A DNA stretch of 64,000 bases, from NCBI RefSeq assembly GCF_009914755.1, contig NC_060942.1; one strand, written 5' to 3'. The notes under the pieces are model-generated. The model saw only the letters and a list, made by a program, of their open reading frames with translations. It did no database searches and was not told the origin of the DNA. Made by a program: the position numbers and the translations under genes. This document shows positions 1-14,564 of this stretch, piece by piece; the first letter of the stretch is position 1, and each line of letters begins with the position of its first letter. The stretch comes from the human T2T-CHM13v2.0 reference genome, Homo sapiens.

Positions 1-19
1 AAAAAAAATTGAAGTTCAG

Positions 20-170
20 ATCAGAGTTTAAATTCCACTCTGCAATTTCTTAGCTGGGTGACTTTCTGAGCCTTGTTCCCATACCTGTAAAATATGGGAA
101 TGATAATAAAAATACTTACCTCTTAAGGATACTATGGGATTCAGAATGTTTAAAATACATATGAAAACGC
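20..170 (+). mobile_element. MIR SINE fragment
   Basis: MIR core-like 'ctgagccttgttcccatacctgtaaaatatgggaatgataata'. Confidence 0.65.
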
Positions 171-944
171 TAACAGATTTTACCCAAATGTGGGTGTTTT
201 TATGTCTTACGTTTCTTGCGTAATATATTCCATAAATTTGTTATTAGAGTAATATTTCCTTTTATCTGAAAATTTCCACTTTAAAAATGTCCATTTATTC
301 TGATATTACTCTATGGTTGAAATCCTGGGATCTGGTGAAAATGAAATTGTCTTAGGCTTTTCATGATTTTATAGACTTAAATCATACACTCCTGAATCCT
401 TTGAGTATGAATGTTCATTTTTGAGCTCTGCCATCTTCATACAGCCTCCCAGCTGTTCATTTTTTATTCCTGTCCTCACACTTGTCAGCTTCATTATGTC
501 AATTTTGATGTATAACAACTGAAACCAATCTTAGGGCTGCAGGGGTACAGACAGTGTAGAAAGAATAGTTTTTTCCCCCCTACTTATTTCCAGATCATTT
601 CAGAATCTTGTAGACCTTCACAATTGCAGCAGCACCTTGAGCTTATGGGCTCAGAGTATATCCCATCATAATTAACCTCTTAGTAGGCACAGCATCCTAC
701 AATTTGGGTTGTGTTACTTGAATGTGTTACCCTATGCTTAGCTTTTAAAGCTTATCTTTTACTTTTCTGCAGACTTGGTCTCTAGGGTCATTCTTATATT
801 TGAGTGGCTTTAAAAAATTTTATTTATACCTCGTCAATTCTTAAAAGAATTTTTAGCAACTCTTCTCATAATATCTCTTTGGGGAGTTTGGCAACATAAG
901 AATTTTACTGTTTACCAGCCCTTGTTGTGGTTCAACTGCTATGC

Positions 945-2520
945 AGATCTTCATTCATTAGCCAGATATTTATTGAAACCCACTTATGCCAGGTACTGTA
1001 TTAAATGTTTAGATACATAGGGGACCAAGACAAATAAGGCACAAGTATTCTTGAAACTTATATTGCAGCGAGGGAAAAAATAAGCCACAAACTCTCTTAG
1101 TCTGTTTTATGCTGCTATAACAGAATACTTCAAACTGGGTAATTTATAATGAACAGTTATTTATTGTCTTCCTCTTCTGGAGGCTAAGAAGTCCAAGATC
1201 AGGGAACCAGCATCTGGCAAAGGTCTTCATGCTGCGTCATTCCATGGCAGAAATGCAAGAGACAATAGGGGAGAGAACAAGAGCCAAATTTGCCCTTTTA
1301 TAACGAATTGCTTTCCCAAGAATGGCATTCATCCATTTCAGGAGGGCTGAACCCTCATGGACTGCTTACCTCTTAGTGGTCCTACCTCTTAATTACCATC
1401 ACAATGGCAAATAAATTTCAACATGCATTTTGGAGGGGATATCCAAACCATAGCACCAACATAAGAGTTAATACAATGCCAACATAAGAGTTAATAAAAC
1501 AGGATGAGGTGAAAAAGAGTGCCTAGAAGGCTACTTCATGTGGCATAGTAAGGGAGGACCTCTCTGAGGAGATGACATATAAGCTTTCATCTGAATGTCA
1601 AGAAGGTCACCATGTGAAGTTCTAGATGAAACTGTGTAAAGGTCCTAATTCAGGAGCAAATCTGAAGTGTTCTAGGAACAGCAAGGAAGCCAGCATGAAG
1701 GGAGCTTCCTAAAAGGAAGTTAGACAAGGGAGAAATAGACAGAGGCCTGATAACAGGGTATTTTAAGCCAGGGAAGGAATTTGGATTTTATGATAGTTTC
1801 ATAGAAAACCACTGTGATATTCTTAGCAGGAGAGGGATGTGATCTGAATAAGGGTAACCGTGGCATAATGAGATAAAATTGTGTTTATTCAAAATGTACC
1901 TCACATTATTGCAAGGGTAGTTAAATGGCACAAAAGTCTGTGTATCTGTTGATGAGGAACATTCTGATTTGTGGCTGGGTAAGACTTCCAGGACACTGGC
2001 AATGATTCCTGAATATTTCAGTTTGTTGACATCTATTTTTATCTGATTAAAGAAGAAAATATAGAATTTCAAGAGCAAAAGAGGTGGTCAATAAGGCCAA
2101 ATACTATTAAGAGGTTGAGTAGGATGCAGAAAGAAAAACAACTGTTTGATTTGATAGCAGAGAAGCTTTTGATGACCTTGACCAGAACATGGTGAGGTTG
2201 GAAGACAATTGAATTTGTATTAAATTGAATTGGATGTCAGATGAAACAATGAAAACAGAGACCATTTGAAGTTTTACTGTGAAGAGGAGGAGATAGTACA
2301 TAGCTCAAGGATGATGTGGGATCAAGAAACTTTGGTTTTATTTTGTCAAAGTTGAATGATACTGGAGCATATTTGCAGGATTTAGGAATAACATATGCAG
2401 GAAGAATTTTGCATTGCAGGAGAGAATGAGGATAGCAGCAGGAATGACTCAGTGAGTAAGAGGAGACGTGACCCAGAGCACAAGTAGAGAGTTGAACTTT
2501 GATAGGAACTATGCAGTTTC
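945..2520 (-). mobile_element. L2 LINE fragments, interrupted by a MaLR LTR
   Basis: 'ttcattcattagccagatatttattgaaacccacttatgccaggtactgt' is the reverse-complement L2 3' end; typical purine-rich L2 sequence continues after 1500. Confidence 0.6.
1093..1455. mobile_element. MaLR solo LTR (MST/MLT1A-like)
   Basis: Termini 'tcttagtctgttttatgctgctataacagaatac' and 'atccaaaccatagca'; near-TSD caaac/ccaac. Confidence 0.8.
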
Positions 2521-2564
2521 TCAAAGAACGTGAGGTATAAATCGTCATGACCTTGGATTATGCA

Positions 2565-3620
2565 GTGGTTTTTGGTTATAACAACAAAAGCACAAGTGAC
2601 AAAAGAATGAATAGCTAAATTGGATTTTATTGAAATATAAAACATTTTTGCTTCAAATGATACCATCAAGAAAGTGAAAAAACAGTCCACAGAATGGGAG
2701 AAAATATTTACAAATCATATATCTGATAAGGAAATTATATCTAGAATATAGAAAGGATTCTTACAATTCAACAATAAAAAAGCAACCCATTTAAGAAACA
2801 AGCAAAGAATGTGCATAGACATTCCTCCAAAGAAGACATACAAATGGCCTAAAAAGCACAAGGAAAAGATGCTCTAAGTCATTAGTCATAGGGAAATCAA
2901 AGCAAAACCACAGTGACATACCACTTCACATCCATTAGGATGGTTAGAATCAAAACGACAGACAAGTGGTGATGAAGATGTGGAGCCCTCATCTGTTGCT
3001 GGTAGAAATATAAAATAGTACACCTGCTTTGGAAAACAGTGTGATAGTTTTTCAAATTGTTAAACAGAGTTACCACATGACCCAGCAATTCCAATCCTAG
3101 GTATACTGCCAAGAGAATTGAAAACATGTCCATGAAAAAACTTGTACACAACTGTTTGTAGCATCATTACTCAAAATAGTCCAAACATAAAAGCAATCTA
3201 GATGTTCATTAATGAATGGATCAGTAAAATGTGGTAATTCATAAAATGGAATATTATTTGCTGTAAAGAAAAAAAATGAAGTTCTGATACATGGAACAAC
3301 ATGGATAAACCTTGAGAAGAGTTTGCTGAGTGAAAGAAACCAGACACAAAGGCCACATGTTATATGATTCCATTTATATGAATTGTCCAGAATAGTCAGA
3401 TCCATAGAGACAGAAAATAGATTAGTGGTTGCCAGGGCCTGGAGGGAGGAGAGATCATAGAGAGCGACTGCTAATGAGTAAGAAGGGTTTTTTTTTGGCA
3501 GTAATAAATATATGCTGGAATTAAATAGTGGCAATGGATGAACAATTCTGTGAGTATGTTAAAAACCACTGAATTTTACATTTCAAAAGGTTGAACTTTA
3601 GGGTATATGAATTATATCCT
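2565..3620 (+). mobile_element. Old L1 (L1MB-like) ORF2 end and 3' UTR
   Basis: L1M motifs 'agaatgggagaaaatatttacaaatcatatatctgataagg' and 'tatatgattccatttatatgaattgtccagaatag'. Confidence 0.8.
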
Positions 3621-3762
3621 AGCTTTACTAGGATAAGATCTGGAACAAGACAAGGATGTCCATTTTAACCACTTCTATTCAACATTGTTCTGGAAGTCCT
3701 AGCCAGAGTAATTAGACAGGAGAAAGGAATGAAAGGCATCCAAATTAGAAAGGAGGAACTCA

Positions 3763-4090
<328 letters not shown>

Positions 4091-4445
4091 TCAAATTGTT
4101 TGCAGACAGCATGATTATGTATTTATATCCCTAAAAACTCAATTTTAAAAAACTGTTAGAACTAATAAACAAATTTTGTTGCAGGATACAAAATCAGCGT
4201 AACAAAAGTCAGCAGCGTTTCTGTATGCTGATACCAAACTATCTGAAAAATTAAGGAAGCAATCCCACTTATAATCACTACCAAAAAAATGAGACACCTA
4301 AGAATAAACTTAGCGAAGGAGCTGAAAGATTTCTACAATGGAAACATATAAAACATTGATGAAAGAAATTGAAGAGGACATAAATAAATGGAAAGCCATG
4401 CCATGTTTATGGATTGGAAAAATCAATATTGTTAAAAAGTCCATA

Positions 4446-4793
4446 CAGGTTAAGTATCTCTAATCCAAAAATCATAATGCTTCAAGATCTGAAATTGTTT
4501 TAGTTCTGACATACCACAAGTGAAAAATCCACACCTAATCTCATGTGACAGTTCACAGGCAAAACACATTCAAACTTGTTTTATGCACAAAATTATTAAA
4601 AATACTGTATAAAATTACCTTCAGGGTATGTGTATAAGGTGTATATGAAGCATAAACGATTTTCATGTGTAGACTTGGGTCCTGTCTCCTAGATATCTCA
4701 TTATATGTATGCAGATATTCCCAAATCTTAAAGTATCTGAAATCTGAAAACACTTCTAGTCCAAAGCATTTTGGATAAGGTGTACTTAACCTA
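4446..4793. mobile_element. TcMar-Tigger DNA transposon remnant (Tigger4/MER46-like)
   Basis: TIRs caggttaagta and tacttaaccta with TA TSD; host L1 rejoins as gtccata|ctaccc. Confidence 0.85.
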
Positions 4794-5133
4794 TACTACC
4801 CAAAGCCATCTATAGATCCAGTGCAATTCCTGCAAAAAATACCAATGGCATTCTTCACAGAAAGAGAAAAAGATAATTTTAAAGTTCACATGGAACCACA
4901 AAAGACCCTGAATAGCCAAAGCGATACTGAACAAAAAGAACAATGCTGGAGGGGACTGCAGCAGATGGGTGGGCTCCTTTGACTCCACTTTGCCTCCTTG
5001 GCAATGAGTGGGCTATCCCACTCTCCCACGGCATCTGTATTTAAAAAAAAAAAAAATACTGAGGCATCACATCGCCTGACTTCAAAATACACTACAGAGC
5101 TGTAGTAGCCAAAATAACATCATACTGGCATGA

Positions 5134-5569
5134 TGTATTAGCCTATTCTTGCATTGCTATACAGAAATATCTGAGACTGGGTAATGTATTAATATTAAGA
5201 AAAGAGGCTTAATTGGCTCACAGTTCTGCAGGCTGTACATATTGGCTTCTGCTTCTGGGGAGGCCTCAGCAAGCTTCCAGTCATGGCAGAAGGCCAAGGG
5301 AAAGCAGGCACATCTTACGTGGCTGGAGCAGGAGCAAGAGAGGGATGTGGGAGTTGCTTCACACTTGCTACACACTTTTAAACAACCAGATTTCACAAGA
5401 ACTCACTGCTTACTCACTATCATAAGAACAGCACTGAGGGGATAGTGATCACCCATTCATGAGAAACTGGCCCCATGACCCAGTCACCTCCCACCAGGCC
5501 CCACCTCCAAAATTGGGGATTACAATTGAACATGAGATGTGGGTGGGGACGCAGATCCAAACCATATCA
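5134..5569. mobile_element. MaLR solo LTR (MSTA-like)
   Basis: tgtattag...accatatca termini; 5-bp TSD catga/cctga. Confidence 0.9.
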
Positions 5570-6103
5570 CCTGAAAATAGATACATAGAACAATCCAACA
5601 GAATAGAGCACACAGAAGTAAATCCACACGTTTGTAGCCAACTGATTTTTGACCACAGTGCCAGGAACATAGGGAAAGGACAGTCTCTTCATAAATGATG
5701 CTAAGAAATCTGGCTATCCATGTGCAGAAGAATTAAACTAGATCCCTATCTCTTACCACATACAAAAATCAACTCAAAATGGGCTAAAGACTTAAGTGAA
5801 AGACCTAAAATGATAAAACTACTAGAAGAAAACATAGGGGAAATACTTCATGACATTGATCTGGGCAAAGATTTTTTGGGTAAGACCTTAAAAGCACAGC
5901 TAACAAAAGCAAAAATAGACAAATAGGATTATATCGAACAAAAAAACTCCTTCACAGCAAAGGAAACAGTCAGCAGAATGAAAAGACAACCTACAGAATG
6001 GAAGAAAATATGTGCAAACTATTCATCTGGCAAGGGGCTAATATAAGGAACTCAACTCAGTAGAAAAAAGAACTAAATAAAAAATGGGCAAAAGACTTGG
6101 TTA

Positions 6104-6613
<510 letters not shown>

Positions 6614-8673
6614 TCATACACTGTTGGTAGAAATGTGAATTAGTACAGCCATTATAAAAAACAATATGGAGGCGCCTCAAAACACTAAAAATAGAACTAC
6701 CGTATGATCCAGCAATCCCACGACTGGATATATAGCCAAAGGAAATTAAATCAGTATGCCCAAGAGATATCTGCACTCATGTTTATTGTAGCACTGTTGA
6801 CAATAACCAAGAAATGGAATCAACCTTAGTGTCCATCAGTGTGATTAATAGATGTTTAAAAAGTGGTATAAATACACAACGAAATACTGTTTAGTCATAT
6901 AAAAAAATGAAATCTTGTCATTTGTGGCCACATGGATGAACGTGGAGGACGTTATGTTCGGTGAAATAAGCCAGGCACAGAAAGACAAATACTGCATGAT
7001 CTTCCTCATGTGGAATCTGACAGAGTTGATCTCATAGAAATAGAGAGTAGAATAATGATTTCCAGAGACTGGAAAGGGGAAAGCAGAGGGAGGAATGGAG
7101 AGAGATTGGTCAGTGGGTACAAAGTTACAGTTAGGTAGGAGGAATAAGCTCTGGCATTCTGTTATACAGTATGGTGACTATGGTTAACAATATTGTGTTG
7201 TATATTTCATATTCCCCTTGCTCTCAAATCCCAGGAGTGTACCCTATTTAGAGCTAACATCTCCCTGACTTATATTGACCTTTCTCAAGACAAGAGTTTT
7301 TCAAATCATAGCATTATTTATAATTGAGAAAAATTGGAAAACAAGCACAAGGTTAAATAAGCAATGGTGAAATACCAAGTAAATATTTTGCAGCCACTTG
7401 GGAAAAAAATAGCGACTTTGAATGTTCTCACCACAAAGAAATGATAAATGTGTGAGGTGATGGATATGCCAAATACCCTGATTTGATCATTACACAATGT
7501 ATATATGTATTAAAAGATCACACTTGTACCCCATAATGTATATAATTATTTATCAAAAACAAAATACAAATTAATAAGTTACCTGTTTTTGAAAGCTATT
7601 ATTTTTATATGCCATGAATAACAAATTCAAAAATATAATGGAAAGAATAAATGGCATGATAAAATTTAGGAAAATTTTGAGAATAAGAGGAGGGGAAATT
7701 ATTCTATAGATAGTAATACATGTTATAGAGTTTTAAATAAGAATGTGGAACTGCCATGGAGACAAAAAAGGCAATTTAAAGTCTAGAAAGAGATCTAAGT
7801 ACATGTATTAGGAAGGCAATAGATAGTAAAAATAGTGCTTCTCATTGGTGGGGAACGAATAGATTATTAAGTTGTGATGTTCAACACCTAGCTAACTTTA
7901 TCAGTTAGTGGTTTAGGTTGAAAATAGTAGAAGTTAATCCTGGCAGGCTTAAGTAGAAGAACAATCTATAGGAAAAATGTTGGGTAGCTCAGAGTCAATG
8001 GAAAGCCGAGCTCAGAAGATGGACAGGAACCAAAGGATGCTAAGGAGCTGGGAACACAGCCTCCCTTGTGTCACAAGAATAGGATGGCACTGTGCTGCTT
8101 TTGCTGCTCAGGACTCTAGACCCCACCACTCTGCCACCACAACTAAACTCTAATGGTCCCTGTGTGTTTATATCATTTCCTCAACTCAGATACTGAGGCA
8201 GGATTCAAACACAGAGCCTAGGTCATGGGCCTTCATCCTTATTGTTGTGAGGGAAAGGGATGCCTGGCCACTTTCAGCTTCTGTGGTGGGAGGCAGGGCA
8301 CTATAGCATCTCCCCAGGTAGTAGGTGTCCAAATCCTGGAGCCAAAAATGACAGATTTCCACCAACATTTGGAATGACTAAAATTAGAACCATACTTTAT
8401 ATCATAGACAAAAATAAATTCCACATGGATTCAGAATTTAAATGTAAAACTTGAGACCATAAAAGTACTTGACAGAAATATGCATATTTATGTATTCTTG
8501 GTTCGAGAAAGTTGATAAGCAAGATATAAAAATAAGAAAGCCATTAAAAATATTGATAGAGCATATTAAGTGACTCAGAAAGAGAATTATGATCTGTTGA
8601 GTTTCAGAAAGTTTACATTAAAAATGGGTATAATGTGATTACATTTTTAAAACAGGATCACATTTTTAAGAAA

Positions 8674-8677
<4 letters not shown>

Positions 8678-8718
<41 letters not shown>

Positions 8719-8731
8719 CACACACACACAC
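8678..8731. repeat. (CA)n microsatellite, about 27 units with one CG interruption
   Basis: Directly visible. Confidence 0.97.
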
Positions 8732-10035
8732 TCCTTTCCAAAGAGGATTAGAATGGCATATACCAGAATATTTCGAGTGGTTCTCTGGATGATGACACTA
8801 GAGATGATTTTTCCTTCCTTCCCTCACTATATGGAAGAGGGTTTTTTTTTTTTTTTCAAAAGCTGTTATTTCTTTTTAAATCTGAAACATGAGGAATTTG
8901 GTTGGTTGGTTTGTAAGAGTATATAGTATCTGGGTCTCCATAGATAAATTTTATGCTAAACTCTACAAAAGCGAAAATAACTTCTAAGACCAGGTAATGA
9001 GGCAGTTGTGTTTCAACAATCCCATCCATATAAAAATAATGTTAAAGTGGCAATTGGAATTTGCTCCATCTGGCGGTCCTTCAAAAGAAAGAACTGGATA
9101 GTGGGTGATGACTCAAAGAATACCCTCCAGATCATGATGTTTCTCTTTCCTCCCCCAGTGTCTTTTTTTTTCCTTTAATTTGTTTTATTTTGTCTTCTCT
9201 TTAAGAGAACCCATCTGCTTGACTAGGAACTTACTAGTTAGTATTCAGGGTATGTCATCTAAAGGACACCAGATGCAGAGACTCTAGAGATATTCGTTAT
9301 GGCCTATGTTTTATCACTTTACGCTCTTACCTACAAAATAGGAGTTGCCCCAGCATTTCATGTTTTAACAACCCTTAGATTCCTGATGTCTTGTTCTCTC
9401 TTATCTCAGATTGCTGTCTCAGTAAAGGATGCCTAACCTTTATTTCACATGAGAGACAGAGCAGTTCTTGCTTCCTAAAGTGAGTCACCCAAGTAGAAGG
9501 ACTGGCTCTTCACAGAAGTCTTGGTAGTGTAAAGGATGAGGGGAGGCACTTCATGTTCCAGAAAGACTGATCATGAGCACATCATAGAGAGAGACCAAGA
9601 GATCTGGAGATAGCAAAGAAAGAATGAACCTAAAAATGGTGACTTGTTCCTATTCTTGCCACTTGGTTTTCTTTCTTGTAAAAGAAAAGGAATCATTCTG
9701 GCTTCCAGCTTATTTTCCTAAATGCCATTAGCCTATACTAGTAAGAAGATATGAATCAGTAAACACAGCTTGCCAGAATTTCCCAGTTGTAGTGGTCATG
9801 TTCTAAGAGCTCTTCATATATTTTTTCAAAAGTCCCCTTTTTCTATGATCATTTCCCCAGGGGGCTCATTGGACATTTCTGTCATGTTTCTTAGTCATAA
9901 AGAACATGACTCTGAACTTCTATAGCTTTCAGTATCCATGTCTTCATACTTCATGTTAATATGGAAACCCCATTGCTCTGGACTGGAATTAAATTAGTAT
10001 TAACTTGGCTTATAACAAAATTTAACAATTAAATT

Positions 10036-10182
10036 TACCAATTTAATACTTAATAATTAATAAGTATAAGTAATAGGTAATAAGTATAAGTAATAATAGT
10101 TAATAAGTATAAGTAATACTTAATACTTAATAAGTAATACTTAATAAGTAATACTTAGTAATACTTAATACTTAAATTGGTA
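10036..10182. repeat. AT-rich low-complexity repeat of TAAGTA/TACTTA units bounded by an 11-bp inverted repeat
   Basis: taccaatttaa (10036-10046) and ttaaattggta (10172-10182) are exact reverse complements. Confidence 0.85.
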
Positions 10183-10764
10183 TTAATTGACTTGTAGTTT
10201 TCACCTGTGTGGGGGTTCTGTAGTTTTCACCTGTGTGGTATTTTGTAAATACCACAGCTATAGATAGAAAACAGCTTGAGCATATGTGTATTTTTTGAGC
10301 TACACATTTCATGAGAACTTTTGTAGTTCTCTCATGTTTTCCTCTCTTTTTCCTCTTAAGTTTATTTTGATGACATGGAGCAGGTGGTAGCCAGGTGGAA
10401 GAAAATGTATATTTCTTTTCTCTGGTAGAAGCTAGAAGGAGCTCCTTTTATCCTGGTTTCCTTGGCTTTATAGTGTGAGGTTCTGTTGGTTGGTTGTGGA
10501 ACCTGGTGATATTCTGATGCATGGAGTACAATACACGGAGTTTAGGGTTGGGAAGTGGCAGGTGCTGTATTGTTGAGGTACAGTCCCTTCCCTCTAGCTC
10601 CCAGATCCTGTGGACAAGGAGATATAAGCGCATTGGTAAGAAGGACACACTCTGCTCTGAGTGATGATGGTGCCTGTAAGGACAATCCCCTTCCAGCCTA
10701 GCAGTCCTCTACCACATCTGGGTACAGTGAGACTCACTCCAGTACTGTTCTTGTTTCTTTCCAG

Positions 10765-10910
10765 GAGCGGCCTATTGCCAATTCATGGACATGCTCTTCC
10801 CTGGCTGCATTAGTTTGAAGAAAGTAAAATTTCAAGCAAAGCTGGAACATGAATATATTCACAATTTTAAACTTCTGCAAGCATCATTTAAGCGAATGAA
10901 CGTTGATAAG
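10765..10910 (+). CDS. MAPRE2: MAPRE2/EB2 internal coding exon (approx. exon 3), calponin-homology domain
   Basis: Acceptor ttgtttctttccag|GA and donor AAG|gtagga; 146 nt, phase 1 to 0. Encodes (G)[48 protein letters not shown], the EB-family CH signature. Confidence 0.97.
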
Positions 10911-11249
10911 GTAGGAGACTTGTACCTCCATAAAATGTGTTGTTTTTTCTTAAAATTGTTTTTGTGCATAAATGCAAAAGTCCAGGAGCATACCAATGGG
11001 ATATATCTTGATATCCCAACAGTAGGCTGGGGTCTGTACCTAGCATAAAGCATCACCCTAAGTTCTTGTATTTTTATGAGGTTTTCATTTCAGATTTTCT
11101 AAACTTGTAGCCAGTAGACTAAAAACTAACAGGGCTCACAAATGTTAAAGTGTTATTAGTTAAATTTAGCATTGCAGATGAGAAACTTTTAATGTTTGCC
11201 AGATGCCACTGTGGTTCTTTGTATTTTGTTCTTTTGGAGAAACATCATG

Positions 11250-11420
11250 TCATGGCAGAAACAGCATGGTTTTGAATCCCAGCTTCATGACTTGAGCAAG
11301 TTATTTAAATTCTGAGTCTCAGTTTACCCATCTGTACAATGGGACTAAAAACCCCTTATTCATGGTTATGAAGTTGACATGAGAAGCAGTGTCCGGTATA
11401 GTGTGTGCGCTCAGATTCTC
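11250..11420 (+). mobile_element. MIR SINE
   Basis: 'tgacttgagcaagttatttaaattctgagtctcagtttacccatctgtacaatggg'. Confidence 0.75.
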
Positions 11421-12626
11421 AATGTCCATAATTTGCCCTTTTTTTCTCCCATGAATTATACTTTTGTCCTGGAGTGGTGCAAATGGCCTGGAGTACTTTT
11501 TCTCTCAATAAGGGATTATTGCTAAAACAGTCTCTTTCTGCATGTTTACTGCTATTTAAATACATACTTAATCTATATTCCTTATTTAGGATATATCTCT
11601 TAGCATGAATGAGCTTGGAAAGAAATGAATTTTGAATAAGGGAAAAGAGATAAACCAGCAGGGGAGAAATGGAAAACTGTTCTTTGCATAAACAGAGGTA
11701 ATAAATAGGCTATGGAAATGAAAAATAAAATATCAGGTTATAAAAGACAGAGATTAAAGGAAAGTTTGATAAACTATGTATTTTGTAAGCTAAGGCAATT
11801 AATATCTTCTTGACATTCTTATCAATATATTAAGAAAATCCTGACTTCTCATTGTCTTGGAATTTTTATTTCAAAACATACATTCTCTTTAACATCTTAG
11901 CCCTTTGGATTATTTCCAACTTTATGTCCTTTGTCATGGTTAATTTCCAATTAGCTCTTTCCATATGTATTTAAAACTAGGGATATATAGGTTCTCCTTA
12001 CTTTTATAATACCTCTTGTGTCTTTTTCATTCATTTCTCTATACATGCTTCTAGATTAGAAAGAAAAGAAACACCTTTTCATATGTTTATTGATGGAACT
12101 TGTCATACATCAAATTAGTGGGCTCCATATCTCTCTAGAAGTATATACACACAGAATGGATGAGCAGTTGTTAAGAATGTTGAAGAAAAAAATTATTGCA
12201 GTGGAAGGAGACTGGCCATGATGGCCTTTGTTAGCCTTTCTAGCTTTAGTATGCAGTGATGTGATCCAAAAGTACGGTGAGAGACAGCATTAAGTACCCT
12301 CATTCATGTGTGTCATAGCCTGATGGCACAATGGAAAGTTCTATGCTTTTGCTTGCCACCTAGGATTTTGAACTTTTGCCCTGAAGCTTTCATGTTGATA
12401 GAGAATGCAGAATTAAGTCCACAGAAGTAAATGCCTTCTTTTAACAGCTAATGTACCACCAGTGTCTAAAACTATTTATAAATGTTCATGTCTGGCAATA
12501 GACAAAATATAGTAGTTTGTTAGTTAAAAGCTTTTTATGCTCTAAAAAGCCTCTAAAAAGTTGATTTCTAACAATCAATATCAGCATAAACAAAAATTTT
12601 AAACTCAGAAGACATAAAAGTGATTA

Positions 12627-12950
<324 letters not shown>

Positions 12951-13599
12951 ATTTTAAAGCAATTGAGTTCACATGTGGCAGGAATTCTTCCTTGTAAGCA
13001 GACAATTCACTGAAGTTTGGGGGAAGTGAGAGAAGAGCAACATATCACCACCAAAGTCTATTACCCAAAGAATCTTCATGAAAAATATGGTATCTTCCAA
13101 AAGATTCCCTTCTCTTTATTTTGCTTTGTACTTGGTTTAGTTTCTATTTTAGCTGCATAAAAAACATTTGTGCAAAATTTATTGCTAATTATTTAGTTTA
13201 ATGCGTGCTTCAGTTGCTTTTTTCTTCCAAATTTTCATTGATATGTAAGGTCTTTCTACATTTTCTAAAGTGGTCCTATTGATACATTTTAGGATATCAA
13301 TGATGTGTAGCTCCCACAGTGGCAAAGCCTTGTTCAAAGTTTAATTTCTATAGCTTCCATTCATATTGTCACATAGCAAAGCTGTGAGCTGTGTGCTTGT
13401 CTGAATCACATGCTTACACACTCACACACATTCACACACTCACACACACAATCTGACTCACACTCTAGCTTTGTAACTATCTTGTGATTCACATTCAGCT
13501 AGTATTCCCACCCAAAGATGTAAAAGGTAAGAATCCAGTGATAATATAATTCACATAGCTAGATACCTTTCCATTTTCTTTAAAAAAACAGCAAATTAC

Positions 13600-13960
13600 A
13601 CCAGTGAGAATGGCTATTACTAAAAAGTCAAAAAATAACAGTTGCTGGTGAGGTTGTAGAGAAAAGGGAATGCTTATACACTGTTGGTAGGAGTATAAAT
13701 TAGTTCATTGTGGAAAGCAATGTGGCGATTCCTCAAAGAGCTAAAAACAACTACCATTCAACCCAGCAATCCCATTATTGGGTATATACCCAAAAGAGTA
13801 GAAATCGTTCTACCTTAAAGACATATGCATGTGAATGTTCATTGCAGCACTATTCACAATAGCAAAGACATGGAATCAACCTAAATGCCCATCAATGACA
13901 AATTGGATAAAGAAAATGTGACACATATACACCATGGAATACTAGGAAGCCATAAAAAGT
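13600..13960 (+). mobile_element. L1P (late L1PA/L1PB) ORF2 3' fragment
   Basis: 'agaatggctattactaaaaagtcaaaaaataacag...catggaatcaacctaaatgcccatca'. Confidence 0.85.
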
Positions 13961-13989
13961 ATCTATTTTATTGATTTAAATCTTATTCA

Positions 13990-14383
<394 letters not shown>

Positions 14384-14564
14384 GCTTATCAGTCTTGAAA
14401 TAGCACAACATTCCAGGCGTCTGTTTTTCCAGAGAGACGTTTTGAGGATAAATGTACTATGAGTGGGACCAGCCCCTCTTGACAACTAAGGATATTCCTT
14501 TTGTCTGGCTTGTTCAGAAGTACTAAATATTCCAAGAAAATCAATAATGATGTTTTGGTTTAGT

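Noticed and set aside
10047-10171. AT-rich repeats, and the 46033 repeat, as a CRISPR-like array
   Set aside because: No unique spacers of regular length, and the context is a eukaryotic intron.
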